Assembly: GCA_036505875.1 (NCBI GenBank)
Contig: DASXSR010000288.1
Span: 1 to 63,384 of the forward strand
Reading direction: 5' to 3'
Source of the DNA: Blastocatellia bacterium
Lineage (GTDB): Bacteria; Acidobacteriota; Blastocatellia; UBA7656
Length of the DNA stretch: 63,384 nt
Shown here: one piece after another, positions 46,257-56,743 of the stretch
Position numbering within the stretch: position 1 is the stretch's first letter
Layout: each line of letters starts with the position of its first letter
Program-made: the position numbers and the translations under genes
The notes under the pieces: generated by a model
Databases searched by the model: none
What the model saw: the letters and a program-made list of their open reading frames with translations, nothing else
What the model was told of the DNA's origin: nothing

Positions 46257-46737
46257 GTACTAACACAGGCCTGTCTTTGGCGGCTTTACGGAAAGACGGC
46301 AATCGCGCAAGCGCGAAGCGTCCGGGACCGGCGAGGGCGATCATCAAAAGATTTGCAATCGCCAACAGGTGATATTCGAAACCTTCTCCCGCCTGATTGC
46401 CCGCCCAATTCATGAAGAAACCGACCTTGGCGTGAACCGTTGCGATCGCGCCAAGCATGATTAAGATGATCGATGCGGCAGAAAAGCGGGACAAGAAACC
46501 AACGACGAGTCCCAGGCCGCCAAAGAACTCACCGATGCTCACCAGGTAACCCAACGGGCCCATCACCTTGACGATTGACGTCAGCCCAGACCCCCCGAAA
46601 GCTCCAAAGAGCTTTTGCGCGCCATGGGCCATAAACACCACGCCAACGATGAGACGCGCAATCAACAACGCCCAATCGACGGCCAACCGATCTCGCACTT
46701 TAGTCTCTTCTGCCATTTCCCTCTCCTTCGCCAACAT
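46249..46737 (-). CDS. DoxX-family membrane protein
   Basis: 162-aa ORF with four hydrophobic helices and ..RL.VG..F..HG.QKLFG.FGG.G. An alternative start lies at 46716. Confidence 0.8.
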   Translation of the reverse strand: MLAKEREMAEETKVRDRLAVDWALLIARLIVGVVFMAHGAQKLFGAFGGSGLTSIVKVMGPLGYLVSIGEFFGGLGLVVGFLSRFSAASIILIMLGAIATVHAKVGFFMNWAGNQAGEGFEYHLLAIANLLMIALAGPGRFALARLPSFRKAAKDRPVLVLE

Positions 46738-46829
46738 TGCATAGCCAACCTACTTTTGGTAAGCTTCGCTTGATGATAAAGCGAACGGCTACAATAGTCA
46801 AGTAAGCAACGAAAGGTAAGTACCCAGGA

Positions 46830-47219
46830 ATGGCGGCGCTAAAAAGGACTATAAAAGTAAACAGGAAGCGTCCAGCCTCCAAATTCTCTCGACGCGCCGA
46901 TGAAGCTGAGTCTAAGGTCTGTGCGCGCTTTCACCACGCCGTCGAATTAATTGGGCGAAGGTGGACCGGCGCGATCATCAGCGTGATGATGAGGGGGCCA
47001 ACGGGATTCAACGAGATGTTGACCGCCGTACCCGGTCTTTCCGACCGGCTGCTCACCGAGCGATTACGCGAACTCGAGTCGGAGGGGCTCGTCCGCCGCA
47101 CGGTCCTGCCGGGTCCGCCCGTTCGCGTGAGTTACCAACTCACTGAAGCCGGAAAAGGCTTAAAGCCGGTGATCGACTGTCTCGGCCGCTGGGCCGATCA
47201 ATGGGTAAAGGCCAACTAG
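46830..47219 (+). CDS. HxlR-family winged-helix transcriptional regulator
   Basis: The product has C....A.ELIG.RW...I....GP..F.E....PG.S...L..RL.ELE..GLV.R. It is divergent from the DoxX gene, a common pairing. Confidence 0.85.
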   Translation: MAALKRTIKVNRKRPASKFSRRADEAESKVCARFHHAVELIGRRWTGAIISVMMRGPTGFNEMLTAVPGLSDRLLTERLRELESEGLVRRTVLPGPPVRVSYQLTEAGKGLKPVIDCLGRWADQWVKAN

Positions 47220-47325
47220 CAAGACCGCTGAAGAGGTACTGTTGCAAATTCCTCGGGCGGACTCGCGCCCCACTGACGACGAGCGGGGGCGTGAGGAAAC
47301 AAGGCGCGCCAGCCAGTTAGGCGCG

Positions 47326-47772
47326 CTAATCTGGAATCTCGGCCTCGACAAGTTTCGCTAAAAGAATGAGCGATTCCTGCCAACCGAGGTAGCACGCCTC
47401 GGCTGGAATTGCAGATGGCACGCCTTCTTGCACCACGGTAACTTCAGTCCCGGGAAACACTTCTTTTAAGGACACCGTCGTCTGCATTTCTCCGGGCAAG
47501 TTCGGGTCGTCGAATACGTCTGTGTGACGAATACGTTCGTGCGGAACGAGTTCAAGATATTTTCCGCCAAACGAGTGGCTGTGGCCCGTAGTGAAATTTG
47601 TGAACGACATCTTGTAGGTGCCGCCGACTTTGGCATCTAGCTGATGAACTCTACCGGTGAATCCGTTCGGTGGAAGCCATTTGACCATTGCATCGGGATC
47701 GAGGAATGCCCGATAGACTCTTTCAGGCGTTGCGCGCAGCACGCGATGGAGCCGGATTGTATTTGTGGACAC
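47326..47772 (-). CDS. SRPBCC-superfamily protein (AHSA1/START-like)
   Basis: 148-aa ORF with R.L.A.PERVYRAFLDPDAM.KWL.P and GG.Y.M.F motifs. Confidence 0.8.
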   Translation of the reverse strand: MSTNTIRLHRVLRATPERVYRAFLDPDAMVKWLPPNGFTGRVHQLDAKVGGTYKMSFTNFTTGHSHSFGGKYLELVPHERIRHTDVFDDPNLPGEMQTTVSLKEVFPGTEVTVVQEGVPSAIPAEACYLGWQESLILLAKLVEAEIPD

Positions 47773-47919
47773 GATCAGTTTCTCCTTTCAATGAATTGTG
47801 TTGCTGACCGCCGCAGCGGGCGCATGAGCGCGCGGGAATCCATGAGGAATTCGAGCGCGACCACCGCTGGATGCCCTTGTTACGCGGCACTGTGGGTTTA
47901 TCCTTAGATCAAGAGCTGT

Positions 47920-48411
47920 TCACATTTCCCTCTCATAGACTCGTTTTTCACCGGTCTGGCAATCAATTTCTTCTAACTCGGTTGCCTCGCAAGTGTGAAA
48001 TGAGACAACTACCATATTCTCCTTTTCTGGAAAGAATTCATGAGGAACGCCTTCACTTATTACGAGCCATTTGTCTGCTAGTGAACCGTTCGATGATCCA
48101 AACGGGACGATTCTTTTATGCTCCCCTGCTACTTTCGACATCCCCTGTCCTTTGATCGTAATCATATGCTGGATACTATTAGGATGATAATGGCAACCAG
48201 ATGGGACATCCTTCTTTAAAACGAAAATCCAACTTGACCGGATATCTTCAGGCAGTTCACGCCCATGGGAACTTAGGTCTATTACAGACCAGACGAAAGC
48301 TTCTTGCGAATGACTGATCTCTTGACTCAAATGCTCAATTGTGTCCAAGAAAGACTTTCGATTGACGAGAAATTCAACAGCGGCATTTAATTTTTCGAGA
48401 TCGACATTCAT
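47920..48411 (-). CDS. Hypothetical cupin-like protein
   Basis: 163-aa ORF in a lower-GC stretch. GCHYHPNSIQHM...G and ...VPHEF resemble cupin metal-site motifs. Confidence 0.45.
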   Translation of the reverse strand: MNVDLEKLNAAVEFLVNRKSFLDTIEHLSQEISHSQEAFVWSVIDLSSHGRELPEDIRSSWIFVLKKDVPSGCHYHPNSIQHMITIKGQGMSKVAGEHKRIVPFGSSNGSLADKWLVISEGVPHEFFPEKENMVVVSFHTCEATELEEIDCQTGEKRVYEREM

Positions 48412-48708
48412 TTTGATGATTCCTTCGAGAAGCTATTTTACCTTGACCGGGCTGCGCCGTCACAAGCCGCCTAACAGGGAGGATTGCATACTTGACAAGC
48501 AAGTCAGTTATCTAAAGGAGTGGATCGGTTGTAGAAACTGTCGGATAGATAGAAAATCTGATGGTCGATGTCGATCTGGAAGATTTCATCCGTCGTAAGA
48601 TTGAAAGCGGACGTTGGTATCGCGAGCGGTAGCGAGCGTGCAGCACGGCTGAATTCGCAATATCGCTCGCGGGACCCAACCCAATACAACTCAGAAGAGG
48701 AGAAAGAA

Positions 48709-49074
48709 ATGAAATACTTGTTGCTGATTTATGATGCAGAACAGAGTTGGAACTCGCTTAGCGAGTCAGAACGGCAGCAAATCTACGGCGAATATCGACA
48801 GTTGAGAGAGCAGCTTCAGTCCAAAGGACAATTCCTCGGCGGCTCTCAGTTGCAGCCTGTTACGACTGCCACCAGCATCCGTGTTCGCGACGGCAAGGCG
48901 CTCGTGACTGACGGGCCGTTTGCAGAAACTCACGAGCAGCTCGGCGGATATTTCCTGATTGAGGCCAAGGATCTCGATGAGGCCAACGGCATCGCCGCAA
49001 GGATTCCTTCAGCGCGAATGGGCACCGTAGAGGTCCGACCGCTCGTCGAGAGGCCGGCGGAGGCGACGGCTTGA
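48709..49074 (+). CDS. YciI-family (DGPF/COG3795-like) protein
   Basis: The product begins MKYLLLIY. Later regions read L.P...A..VR...G...VTDGPFAE.KE.LGGYF.IEA.DLDEA..IA..P. The SD GAGGAG lies upstream of the ATG at 48709. Confidence 0.85.
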   Translation: MKYLLLIYDAEQSWNSLSESERQQIYGEYRQLREQLQSKGQFLGGSQLQPVTTATSIRVRDGKALVTDGPFAETHEQLGGYFLIEAKDLDEANGIAARIPSARMGTVEVRPLVERPAEATA

Positions 49075-49242
49075 TGCTGTGAGTTCAAACTTTGGTTTGC
49101 TGCTCGACGTCGGCAAGCTGAACCTTCGACTCCAGACACGTTCAGAGTTCATTCTTTTGATTGCCGCTGGATGTCGGCAAGCTGAAGCTTGAACTCTGAA
49201 CACCAAATTGCGCAGCCCGCCAGAATGTGCGACGCTCGCCGT

Positions 49243-50490
49243 ATGCCGCGAGCGAGCGACACACTCGAGCAAGTCTTCCGCGAAGAGTACGGTCGAATCA
49301 TTGCAACATTGATCCGCATCTCAGGATCGTTCGATCTCGCCGAAGAAGCTTTGCAGGAGGCCTTTACTTCCGCAGTCGCAAATTGGGAGCGAAACGGCCC
49401 GCCCGGAAATTCAGGCGCATGGTTGACAACAGTAGCCCATCGGAAGCTGCTTGACGCCGTGCGTCGCGAGAAAACAAAAACAGATAAGCAACCGGAACTC
49501 GAATATGAAGTGGAGCGATTGCAGCCTTATGACGAGTCAGCGTTGCTCGATGAGACGGTGGAATATCCGGATGACCGGTTGCGCTTGATCTTCACCTGCT
49601 GTCATCCGGCGCTCAGTCGCGAGGCGCAGGTCGCCCTAACGCTGCGGACGCTGGGCGGACTCACTACGGCTGAGATTGCTCGTGCTTTCTTGTTGCCCGA
49701 ACCGACTCTGGCCCAACGATTGGTGCGGGCGAAAAACAAAATTCGGCTCGCGCGCATTCCTTATGAAGTTCCATCGCTCGAATTGCTTGGAGAGCGTCTG
49801 GTCGCGGTTCAAGCAGTCATCTATCTGATCTTCAATGAAGGCTATGCCGCGACCGCCGGTGATAGCCTTGTCAGAAAAGATCTTTGCGCGGAAGCGATTC
49901 GTTTGGGACGTGTGCTTCGCCAACTGTTGCCCGACGAACCTGAGAACTCTGGTCTGCTGGCGTTGATGCTATTGCAGGACTCGCGCCGAGAGGGTCGCAT
50001 CAACGCGCAGGGCGAGCTGGTGACTTTGGAAGAGCAAGATCGCTCGATTTGGGATGGGAAGGAAATCGAGGAGGGCTTGCGACTGGTCGAGACAGCTCTT
50101 TCGCAGGGTCGCGTCGGCAACTATCAACTCCAAGCTGCCACCGCAGCGGTACACGCTGAAGCGAAGACGGCTGACGAAACCGATTGGCCGCAAATCGTTG
50201 CGCTCTATAGAGAGCTGATGCGAATAAATTCATCGCCGGTGGTTGCACTGAATCATGCGGCGGCAGTCGCGATGAGCGAGGGGTTGGAAGAGGGCTTGGC
50301 TTTAATCGAAGAAGTCGGCGCGGCTGGAAAACTGGGAAACTATTACTTGTATCACGCCGCCCGAGGGGATGTGTTGCGAAGGCTCAACCGCCCAACAGAA
50401 GCAGCGGCGGCCTACACGCGCGCGCTTTCGCTCACAGGCAACAATGTGGAGCAGCAATACATACGCAGGCGACTTAATGAAGTGACCTGA
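49243..50490 (+). CDS. ECF-type sigma-70 family factor with a long C-terminal TPR-like extension (COG4941 type)
   Basis: Region 2 reads VFREEYGRIIATLIR..G.FDLAEEALQEAF..A...W. Region 4 reads LTLRTLGGLTTAEIARAFL..E.TLAQRLVRAK.KI. The ~230-aa C-terminal extension and the partnership with YciI are typical. The start at 49243 is preferred. Confidence 0.8.
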   Translation: MPRASDTLEQVFREEYGRIIATLIRISGSFDLAEEALQEAFTSAVANWERNGPPGNSGAWLTTVAHRKLLDAVRREKTKTDKQPELEYEVERLQPYDESALLDETVEYPDDRLRLIFTCCHPALSREAQVALTLRTLGGLTTAEIARAFLLPEPTLAQRLVRAKNKIRLARIPYEVPSLELLGERLVAVQAVIYLIFNEGYAATAGDSLVRKDLCAEAIRLGRVLRQLLPDEPENSGLLALMLLQDSRREGRINAQGELVTLEEQDRSIWDGKEIEEGLRLVETALSQGRVGNYQLQAATAAVHAEAKTADETDWPQIVALYRELMRINSSPVVALNHAAAVAMSEGLEEGLALIEEVGAAGKLGNYYLYHAARGDVLRRLNRPTEAAAAYTRALSLTGNNVEQQYIRRRLNEVT

Positions 50491-50627
50491 TGAATGCGCG
50501 ACGTTCAAGACTGCGGCTGCATACCCTGAAAATATCGGCACCCACAGAAAAACCGCGATGCTCGGAAGACTTAACTTTGGTAGAGTGAGAGTTGGGCTTT
50601 TGTGATTCTTTGTGTTAGGAGGTCATC

Positions 50628-51137
50628 TTGAAAACAACCGAATTGTTCCTGGCTCAACTTGAAGCTGAAGCCGACCGCACCCGCCGCGCGCTCGAGCGTG
50701 TGCCGGAAGGACGAGATGATTGGCAGCCGCACGAGAAATCGATGCCGCTTGGCCGCCTGGCCATGCTCATCGCCAGGATGCCGTCATGGTTGTCGCTGAT
50801 TGTTAATCGTGACGAGTTGGATATTAACCCGCCTGAGGGGTCGAATGTGGACCAACGTCCACTCCAAACCGCGGCCGAACTAGTTGAGGCGTTTGACGAG
50901 AGCGTCACGGAAGCGCGCAAAGCGCTCGAAAGTACCAACGAGGAGCATCTTCAGAAACCGTGGAAGCTGCTCGTGTCGGGCCGCGTTGTCAGTGAGGAGC
51001 GGCGCGACAACGTGCTGCGCGATACGTTCATGCACCTGTCACATCATCGAGGACAACTGACGGTTTACTTGCGGTTGAATGAGGTGCCGGTCCCGGCGAT
51101 TTATGGTCCATCCGCTGACGACGCGAGGTTTGATTAG
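50628..51137 (+). CDS. DinB-family protein
   Basis: TTG start preceded by AGGAGG. The product has a four-helix DinB-like pattern, with H......HL.HHRGQL near the C-terminus. Confidence 0.75.
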   Translation: MKTTELFLAQLEAEADRTRRALERVPEGRDDWQPHEKSMPLGRLAMLIARMPSWLSLIVNRDELDINPPEGSNVDQRPLQTAAELVEAFDESVTEARKALESTNEEHLQKPWKLLVSGRVVSEERRDNVLRDTFMHLSHHRGQLTVYLRLNEVPVPAIYGPSADDARFD

Positions 51138-51162
51138 CGCCGTCAAGGCAGTGACTCGGAGA

Positions 51163-51195
51163 CCGCCCGGACTTTATTAACCGCGATCCGGGCGG
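51163..51195. terminator. Stem-loop between the convergent DinB and TonB-receptor genes
   Basis: CCGCCCGGA (51163-51171) pairs with TCCGGGCGG (51187-51195) around a 15-nt AT-rich loop. There is no long U-tract on either strand. Confidence 0.4.
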
Positions 51196-51212
51196 CCTCA
51201 CGTCGGTTTGAC

Positions 51213-54200
51213 TCAGAAGTTAATTCGAACCGCAAATTGAATCTGCCGGCTTGTGCCCAGCCCGACTGTCCTTCCCACGGTCGAGTTCAACACTCCGAAG
51301 TTGCCGGCGGCCGCGCGTGTGAACGGCTGGCCGGGCTGTATTTGATTTGTCCCGGTGCCGAGCGCGTTCGGAAGCGTCGCCGGAGGATTTGCGAAGTTCG
51401 TGTGATTGAAAATGTTGAAGAACTCCGCTTTGAACTCGACGTTAGACGATTCGGTCATTGTGAAGCGTTTGTTCATCACGAAATCTGCCTGCCAGAAGTT
51501 CGGGCCGTGAAGCGAATTGCGCACGAGGTTGCCGAACGTTCCCGGCGCCGGAATTGCGAACGCCGCGGGGTTGAGGAACTGGCGATCGCTCCCAAGGAAA
51601 GGATTGACGCCGGGAATCAAATCCGGCCGCCGGACGTTGCGCGATGAGCCGCCGCCCGGCGTGTTGATGACGAATGTGCATCCGGTCCCGCCGACGATGC
51701 CAGACGAAGTAACGCACACCGTATCAGGTCGAGTCACCCGAACATCAATCGGCAATCCGCTTCGGGCGTTGACGATCGTGCCAACCTCCCAGCCGCCGAG
51801 GATCGCGTTGCCAAATCCGCTCAGGTTGCTCATGTACAAGCGACCTTTTCCGATCGGCAGCGCATAAATCGCGCTCACGTTGAACGAGTGCCGCACGTCG
51901 AAGTTGTTGTAGCCTCTGTCATAATCGAAGCTGGTAGCGCGGCCGCCCGAAGGCGCCTCACTCGGGCGACGAGCAGCATTGCCGGCGGTGAGTGCATCGT
52001 TCGAGCCGCTAGTCGTGCCGTAGCTCTTCGAGAATGTGTATTGCGAATTCAGGGTCAAGCCGGAGCTGAACCGACGGGCGAGCTGCAGCTGCAAGGCGTT
52101 GTAGCTGTCCTCGCCTCCGCTGGTCTTGAAGTCTACCTCGGCGAACGGCCGGAGTATCGTGCTCCCTTGCACGATGTCGAACTCGCGAGTAACGGTTCCC
52201 GTTGGGCTGACGCTTACGATTTGATTGGCGACGCTGCGCAGGAACAGGTTGCGCCCCTGACTTCCCACGTAGCCCGCCGTGAACACCATCTTGTAGAACA
52301 GCTCCTGCTGGACGGAGAACCCGTACTGATAGATTCGCTCCGGGATTTGATAAAGCGGTGAGTAAGCGCGAGGCTGGTACGAACGATTCAGCGGATTGTT
52401 GATGAAGTTCGCACGCAGCGCTGAAACATCCACCGGAAAGGCGCCGCCGTTTTGCGTGATGCGAATCACGTCGCTTTCGATCGGTTGAATCTGGTCTTCC
52501 GTCTGACCAGGGCCGTAATAGATGCCGAACCCGCCGCGCAGCAGCGTGCGCCCGCCTCCGAAAAAGCCGGAACCGGAGTAATTGGGTGACCACGTCACTG
52601 CGATTCGCGGCCCGAAGTTTGTCTTGCTTGACCTGAAAGCGCTGTTCCTGGGATCGCGCAACTGTCCATTGGTGATGTCGAAGAGCACCTGAGCGTCGTG
52701 CGCTTCTCGTAATGGGCTGTAGTACTCGTAACGCAGTCCGTAGCTCAGCGTGAGATTCGGCCTGACCTTCCACTCATCCTGAGCGAAGCCGATGTAGTAC
52801 TCCTGCTTGGCTTGTCGCGTCCCAAAAACTCCGGTGAACGGGCTTGGGTCGCTTAGGTCCCCGGCGAACTGCACTGATTGCAGGGTGTTCGCAAGAAAGT
52901 TGTTGAGGTTGGAGTAGGTGTAAGTCGTTCCGCCGAGCCGGTCGGTGTAGAGGCGAATAAAGCGAATCTCACCGCCGAATTTCATTGCGTGAGCGCCCCT
53001 TATCCAGCTCAGGTTGTCGATGGCCGAAAGCGAGTAAGGCGTGTAAGGCGCGCCGCGGCCGTTGGTCGCGCTGTTGGCGCGCACCAGTCCCCCGGGCACC
53101 GCAATGCCTGACGTGTTGCCCTGTCCCTGAATGCCGGTGTTTGCGACGCTGCCGGAGATGTTCAGCGTGATGCGCGAAAGGTCTATGCCGTTGACAATGG
53201 GGGCTAAGCCGTTGACGCGCGTGAGGGCTTCGTTGAATCCGAATTTTGCTTCGTTGATTACTGTTGATGTCAGGAGTGATTGAAGACCAAGCACACCATT
53301 CTGCGGCCACGCGATGATTTGCACCTGTCGCCCGGTCACGCCTTCGGGCGCGAGGTTCTCGCCCTGGTCGCGGTAGTAGCGCGCATAAAGCGAGTGCTTG
53401 GGCGTCATCTTGTAATCGAAGCGTATGCCGCCGGAGTTTTCGTCGACGCGACTTATCGAGTTCAACTGGATGATGTCGAAGTCGGGGTTTGTCGAAGCGC
53501 CGGCCAGCGTGACCGCACCGGGACCTCGGAACGCGTCGATCAAAGGCCTGACAGCCGGTACGGCTCGAGCAGCTGCCACCGCGCTCGGGACTGCTTCGAT
53601 GAAGTTGATACCTGAACGCAAACGGTAGCCTTCATAACTCGCAAAGAAGAAGAATTTGTTCTTGATGATCGGTCCGCCAAGACTTGCCCCGAACTGGTTG
53701 AGGCGCAGCGGAGAGACATTCTTCAGGTCGAAGAAGTTGCGCGCGTCGAGAGCATCGTTGCGGAGGTACTCGAACAGCGATCCGTGGAAATGGTTACCGC
53801 CCGACTTGCCAATGACGCTCACCTGTCCACCTGTGCCAGTGCCCAGCTCAGCCGGGTAGTTGTTCGAGTCGACTCGAAACTCCTGAACGTTTTCGAGGCT
53901 TGTCTGCAAACGGAAGGGCGAAGCCAATTCGCCGTTGAGGTTTCCGGGTGCGGCATCGATGATCGCCGAGGCCTCGACCCCATCGTAACGAAACGCATTC
54001 TGTTCGTTCGAGCGTCCGCTGAAGCGTATGTCCTGAAAAGTTCCCGTCGAGGTGTTGACCGATCCCGGCGCTTGCAGCGACAACTGCGAGAGCGAGCGGC
54101 CGTTGAGCGGCAGATCCTGAAGCTCGCGCTGGTTGACGTTGGCGCCGAGCCTTGCGGAGCTTGCGTCGATCGCCGCGTCTTCGCTGCCAGCGACGGATAT

Positions 54201-54599
54201 GCTTTCCGATGTTCCAGCGGGTTTAAGCTCGATGTCGAGCGTCAGCTCCTGACCGACAGACACTTGGACATTGATATATTGCGCCGTTGCGAATCCGGCC
54301 GCCTTGGCGCCGACGGTGTAGAACGCCGGCTTGAGCGCCGTTACGAGGTACTGCCCCTGGTCGGTCGTGTTGATGTTGCGCGCTTCGCTGGTGCGCTCGT
54401 TTATTACCGTAACGGTTGCACCTGGCACGACAGCTTTACTCTGATCGCGCACGGTGCCGATGATTCGACCTTGATCGGTCTGAGCGCACACCGGAGCTTG
54501 TAAGAAAAGTTGAGCGACGAGGGCGAGCATTATCGTCGCGTGGAGTGAGCGGAATCGGTGGGTAGTTCTTGGGTTCATCAATCTATGCCTCCTGCTCAT
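51213..54599 (-). CDS. TonB-dependent outer-membrane receptor with an N-terminal carboxypeptidase-regulatory-like domain
   Basis: The 1128-aa product has a signal peptide, then G.I.GTV.D.S.AV.PGATVTV.N. A plug region follows (L.. PG. ... R..G). The C-terminus is beta-barrel-like and ends ...RQIQFAVRINF, with a terminal aromatic residue. Confidence 0.85.
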   Translation of the reverse strand: MSRRHRLMNPRTTHRFRSLHATIMLALVAQLFLQAPVCAQTDQGRIIGTVRDQSKAVVPGATVTVINERTSEARNINTTDQGQYLVTALKPAFYTVGAKAAGFATAQYINVQVSVGQELTLDIELKPAGTSESISVAGSEDAAIDASSARLGANVNQRELQDLPLNGRSLSQLSLQAPGSVNTSTGTFQDIRFSGRSNEQNAFRYDGVEASAIIDAAPGNLNGELASPFRLQTSLENVQEFRVDSNNYPAELGTGTGGQVSVIGKSGGNHFHGSLFEYLRNDALDARNFFDLKNVSPLRLNQFGASLGGPIIKNKFFFFASYEGYRLRSGINFIEAVPSAVAAARAVPAVRPLIDAFRGPGAVTLAGASTNPDFDIIQLNSISRVDENSGGIRFDYKMTPKHSLYARYYRDQGENLAPEGVTGRQVQIIAWPQNGVLGLQSLLTSTVINEAKFGFNEALTRVNGLAPIVNGIDLSRITLNISGSVANTGIQGQGNTSGIAVPGGLVRANSATNGRGAPYTPYSLSAIDNLSWIRGAHAMKFGGEIRFIRLYTDRLGGTTYTYSNLNNFLANTLQSVQFAGDLSDPSPFTGVFGTRQAKQEYYIGFAQDEWKVRPNLTLSYGLRYEYYSPLREAHDAQVLFDITNGQLRDPRNSAFRSSKTNFGPRIAVTWSPNYSGSGFFGGGRTLLRGGFGIYYGPGQTEDQIQPIESDVIRITQNGGAFPVDVSALRANFINNPLNRSYQPRAYSPLYQIPERIYQYGFSVQQELFYKMVFTAGYVGSQGRNLFLRSVANQIVSVSPTGTVTREFDIVQGSTILRPFAEVDFKTSGGEDSYNALQLQLARRFSSGLTLNSQYTFSKSYGTTSGSNDALTAGNAARRPSEAPSGGRATSFDYDRGYNNFDVRHSFNVSAIYALPIGKGRLYMSNLSGFGNAILGGWEVGTIVNARSGLPIDVRVTRPDTVCVTSSGIVGGTGCTFVINTPGGGSSRNVRRPDLIPGVNPFLGSDRQFLNPAAFAIPAPGTFGNLVRNSLHGPNFWQADFVMNKRFTMTESSNVEFKAEFFNIFNHTNFANPPATLPNALGTGTNQIQPGQPFTRAAAGNFGVLNSTVGRTVGLGTSRQIQFAVRINF

Positions 54600-54765
54600 T
54601 ATTGGTTGCTGCTAAATCGGTTAGTCGACACGAGTCGCGAAATCGACGCGACTCAGGTTGAGAGTTTGAAGCGAAACGCGGGGATTCTGTGCGTCATTCG
54701 AAGTTCGGAGTCTAGCACGGCTGGGTTACTCATTTGTGAAAGCGAAATTAAATCGGTGTAAAAAA

Positions 54766-55167
54766 TTAGAGGGACGCTCGAGTGGCCTCTCGAGGAAGGG
54801 TCCAAAGGTGACTGAGATCTACATGGACTTTGCCGTCAATAAGGATTAAACGTTCAACCAACGAGTCAACCTCCGAAGGGGAAATCAAAGTTATGCGGAT
54901 CTCCGGGTGATGGCGACGCAGAAGAAGGACGCATCGATTCTTTTCCGCAAACCGGGATTCAGGCGACGCAAGCTCGACGTACTGGCCGTATTCCGGCAGG
55001 TAAAAATCGGGCGTCAAAGAGTCAACAAAATTACCATCGTCGTCCCACTCGATCGCAAAAGTTCGCGGTTTGTAATGCCACGCGATTTGATATGAGTCCA
55101 GGGTACCCGCGAAGTCGGCTTGAGTTGAATTAGCGAACTCGTGCTCCTGTGCGCATGAAGTGTTCAT
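54766..55167 (-). CDS. Hypothetical protein (133 aa)
   Basis: Orphan ORF in a lower-GC intergenic island. PDFYLP....YVEL is weakly reminiscent of a degenerate PD-(D/E)xK nuclease core, but the Lys is absent. Confidence 0.35.
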   Translation of the reverse strand: MNTSCAQEHEFANSTQADFAGTLDSYQIAWHYKPRTFAIEWDDDGNFVDSLTPDFYLPEYGQYVELASPESRFAEKNRCVLLLRRHHPEIRITLISPSEVDSLVERLILIDGKVHVDLSHLWTLPREATRASL

Positions 55168-55330
55168 TCACGCCTCCTTCGTCCTGCCCGCGCAGCGGCC
55201 CATTAGGTTCGGCTCCGCTGCTCACAAAGGGCGCATATTGAAAATAACAGTAGGGCGTTAGGACCGTGTTACTCGATTCTTAAATCTGTGGGAATTTTGA
55301 GGAGGTGCCGCGCCGAAGACCGAATTGCGA

Positions 55331-56743
55331 CTAGCGCTGGCCTACGGATTCCGCAACTTGTGCCGAGGCCGGGATGGTGAAGGTGAACCGCGAGCCGCGG
55401 CCAAGATCGCTAGTGACCGAAACCTGACCGCCATGGGCGCGCACCAGGTGCTTCACGATAGCTAGCCCAAGGCCCGTACCTTCGGTCTTGCTCGAGCGAG
55501 ATTTGTCGCCACGGTACAGACGCTCGAACACACGCGGCAGGTCGGACGCCGCGATCCCAATGCCCGTGTCTGCGACGCTGATCACGACATCGCCACCTTC
55601 GGTTTCGGCCGTAAGGTTGATTAAGCCACCGGGCCGGTTGAACTTCATCGCATTGTCGATCAAGTTGTAAAGAATCTGTTCGAGCCTCATGCGATCTGCC
55701 AACACGAACAAGCCGTCTGAGATTGATGTGGTGAAGGATATATTCGAATCCGTTTTGCGTGATTCAAGTGTTGCGATGACCTCGGCGACAAGTCGATCAA
55801 GCCTTACCGGCTCGAGGCTGAGCTTGACCTGTCCTGATTCAATGGCCGACAAATCTGAAATATCCGAGATCAAGTCGTTCATGCGCTCGGCGTGTTTGTG
55901 GAGCGCTTTGAGAAACCTGTTCCTGTCCTTCGTGTCGTTGATCGCGCCGGCAAGCAAAGTTTCTGAACACGCCAGCATCGCGGTCAATGGAGTTCGTAGC
56001 TCGTGCGAAAGATTCGCGAAGAACTCTCGCCGCACGCGTTCTAGTTTTTCCAATTGAGTGATATCGAAGAACACTCCCACTGCGAGATCGCTGCCCAAAG
56101 GCGCAACACTCAACTGAAAGCTGCGGCGCTCGCGCTCGGCGATCTCCACGCGCAATTCAAACCGCGCCCTCTCTTCAAGTGCCTGTTTGAACGCGCTGTT
56201 AATCGCGGGGTCGCGAGTTGCGTCGGTCAAGCGATAGCTGTGCGCCGGTTCAACATCGCTAGATTCTGCGCTCAGGAACTCTCCTCGCGACAGCGCTGTC
56301 TCCGATTTGCGCGCACCAGGCGTCCCGGCATCGGCGGCGGGCAAATTGAACACTCGCGCAGCGGCTTCGTTGTAGAGCGCGATGCGCATATGAGAATCTA
56401 CGATGATCACGGCCTCGCGCATCGTCGCCAGCACGCCGGCCAACAACCGGTTCGTTTCTTCAGTGATCGCTGTCTGGCGCTGTATCTCAACGAGAGCCTG
56501 ACTGTAGCGGCCGAGTGCATAGCGCGAAACAAAAAACGTCATCACGGCGACTACGATCACAGTAATGACGTGCGAGTTGATGATAGAGATGTGTGGGAAT
56601 AGAACCGTCTTGACGATCTCGTAGGCCACGAAGATCAACAGCGCTGACAGGGTCGCCAGCCAGACTCTTCGCTCAAGTGCTTTCATAACCAATAGTCCGC
56701 AGTCCTTGGTCCGTAGTTTGGGGCTACGGGCCAAGAGCCACAA
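55331..56743 (-). CDS. phoR: Phosphate-regulon-type sensor histidine kinase (PhoR-like): TM, PAS, HisKA, HATPase
   Basis: The H-box reads [14 protein letters not shown]. The N/G boxes read [15 protein letters not shown] and [11 protein letters not shown]. It lies adjacent to phoB/phoU/pst. An alternative start at 56686 (MKALERR) would avoid the overlap with phoB. Confidence 0.8.
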   Translation of the reverse strand: MWLLARSPKLRTKDCGLLVMKALERRVWLATLSALLIFVAYEIVKTVLFPHISIINSHVITVIVVAVMTFFVSRYALGRYSQALVEIQRQTAITEETNRLLAGVLATMREAVIIVDSHMRIALYNEAAARVFNLPAADAGTPGARKSETALSRGEFLSAESSDVEPAHSYRLTDATRDPAINSAFKQALEERARFELRVEIAERERRSFQLSVAPLGSDLAVGVFFDITQLEKLERVRREFFANLSHELRTPLTAMLACSETLLAGAINDTKDRNRFLKALHKHAERMNDLISDISDLSAIESGQVKLSLEPVRLDRLVAEVIATLESRKTDSNISFTTSISDGLFVLADRMRLEQILYNLIDNAMKFNRPGGLINLTAETEGGDVVISVADTGIGIAASDLPRVFERLYRGDKSRSSKTEGTGLGLAIVKHLVRAHGGQVSVTSDLGRGSRFTFTIPASAQVAESVGQR

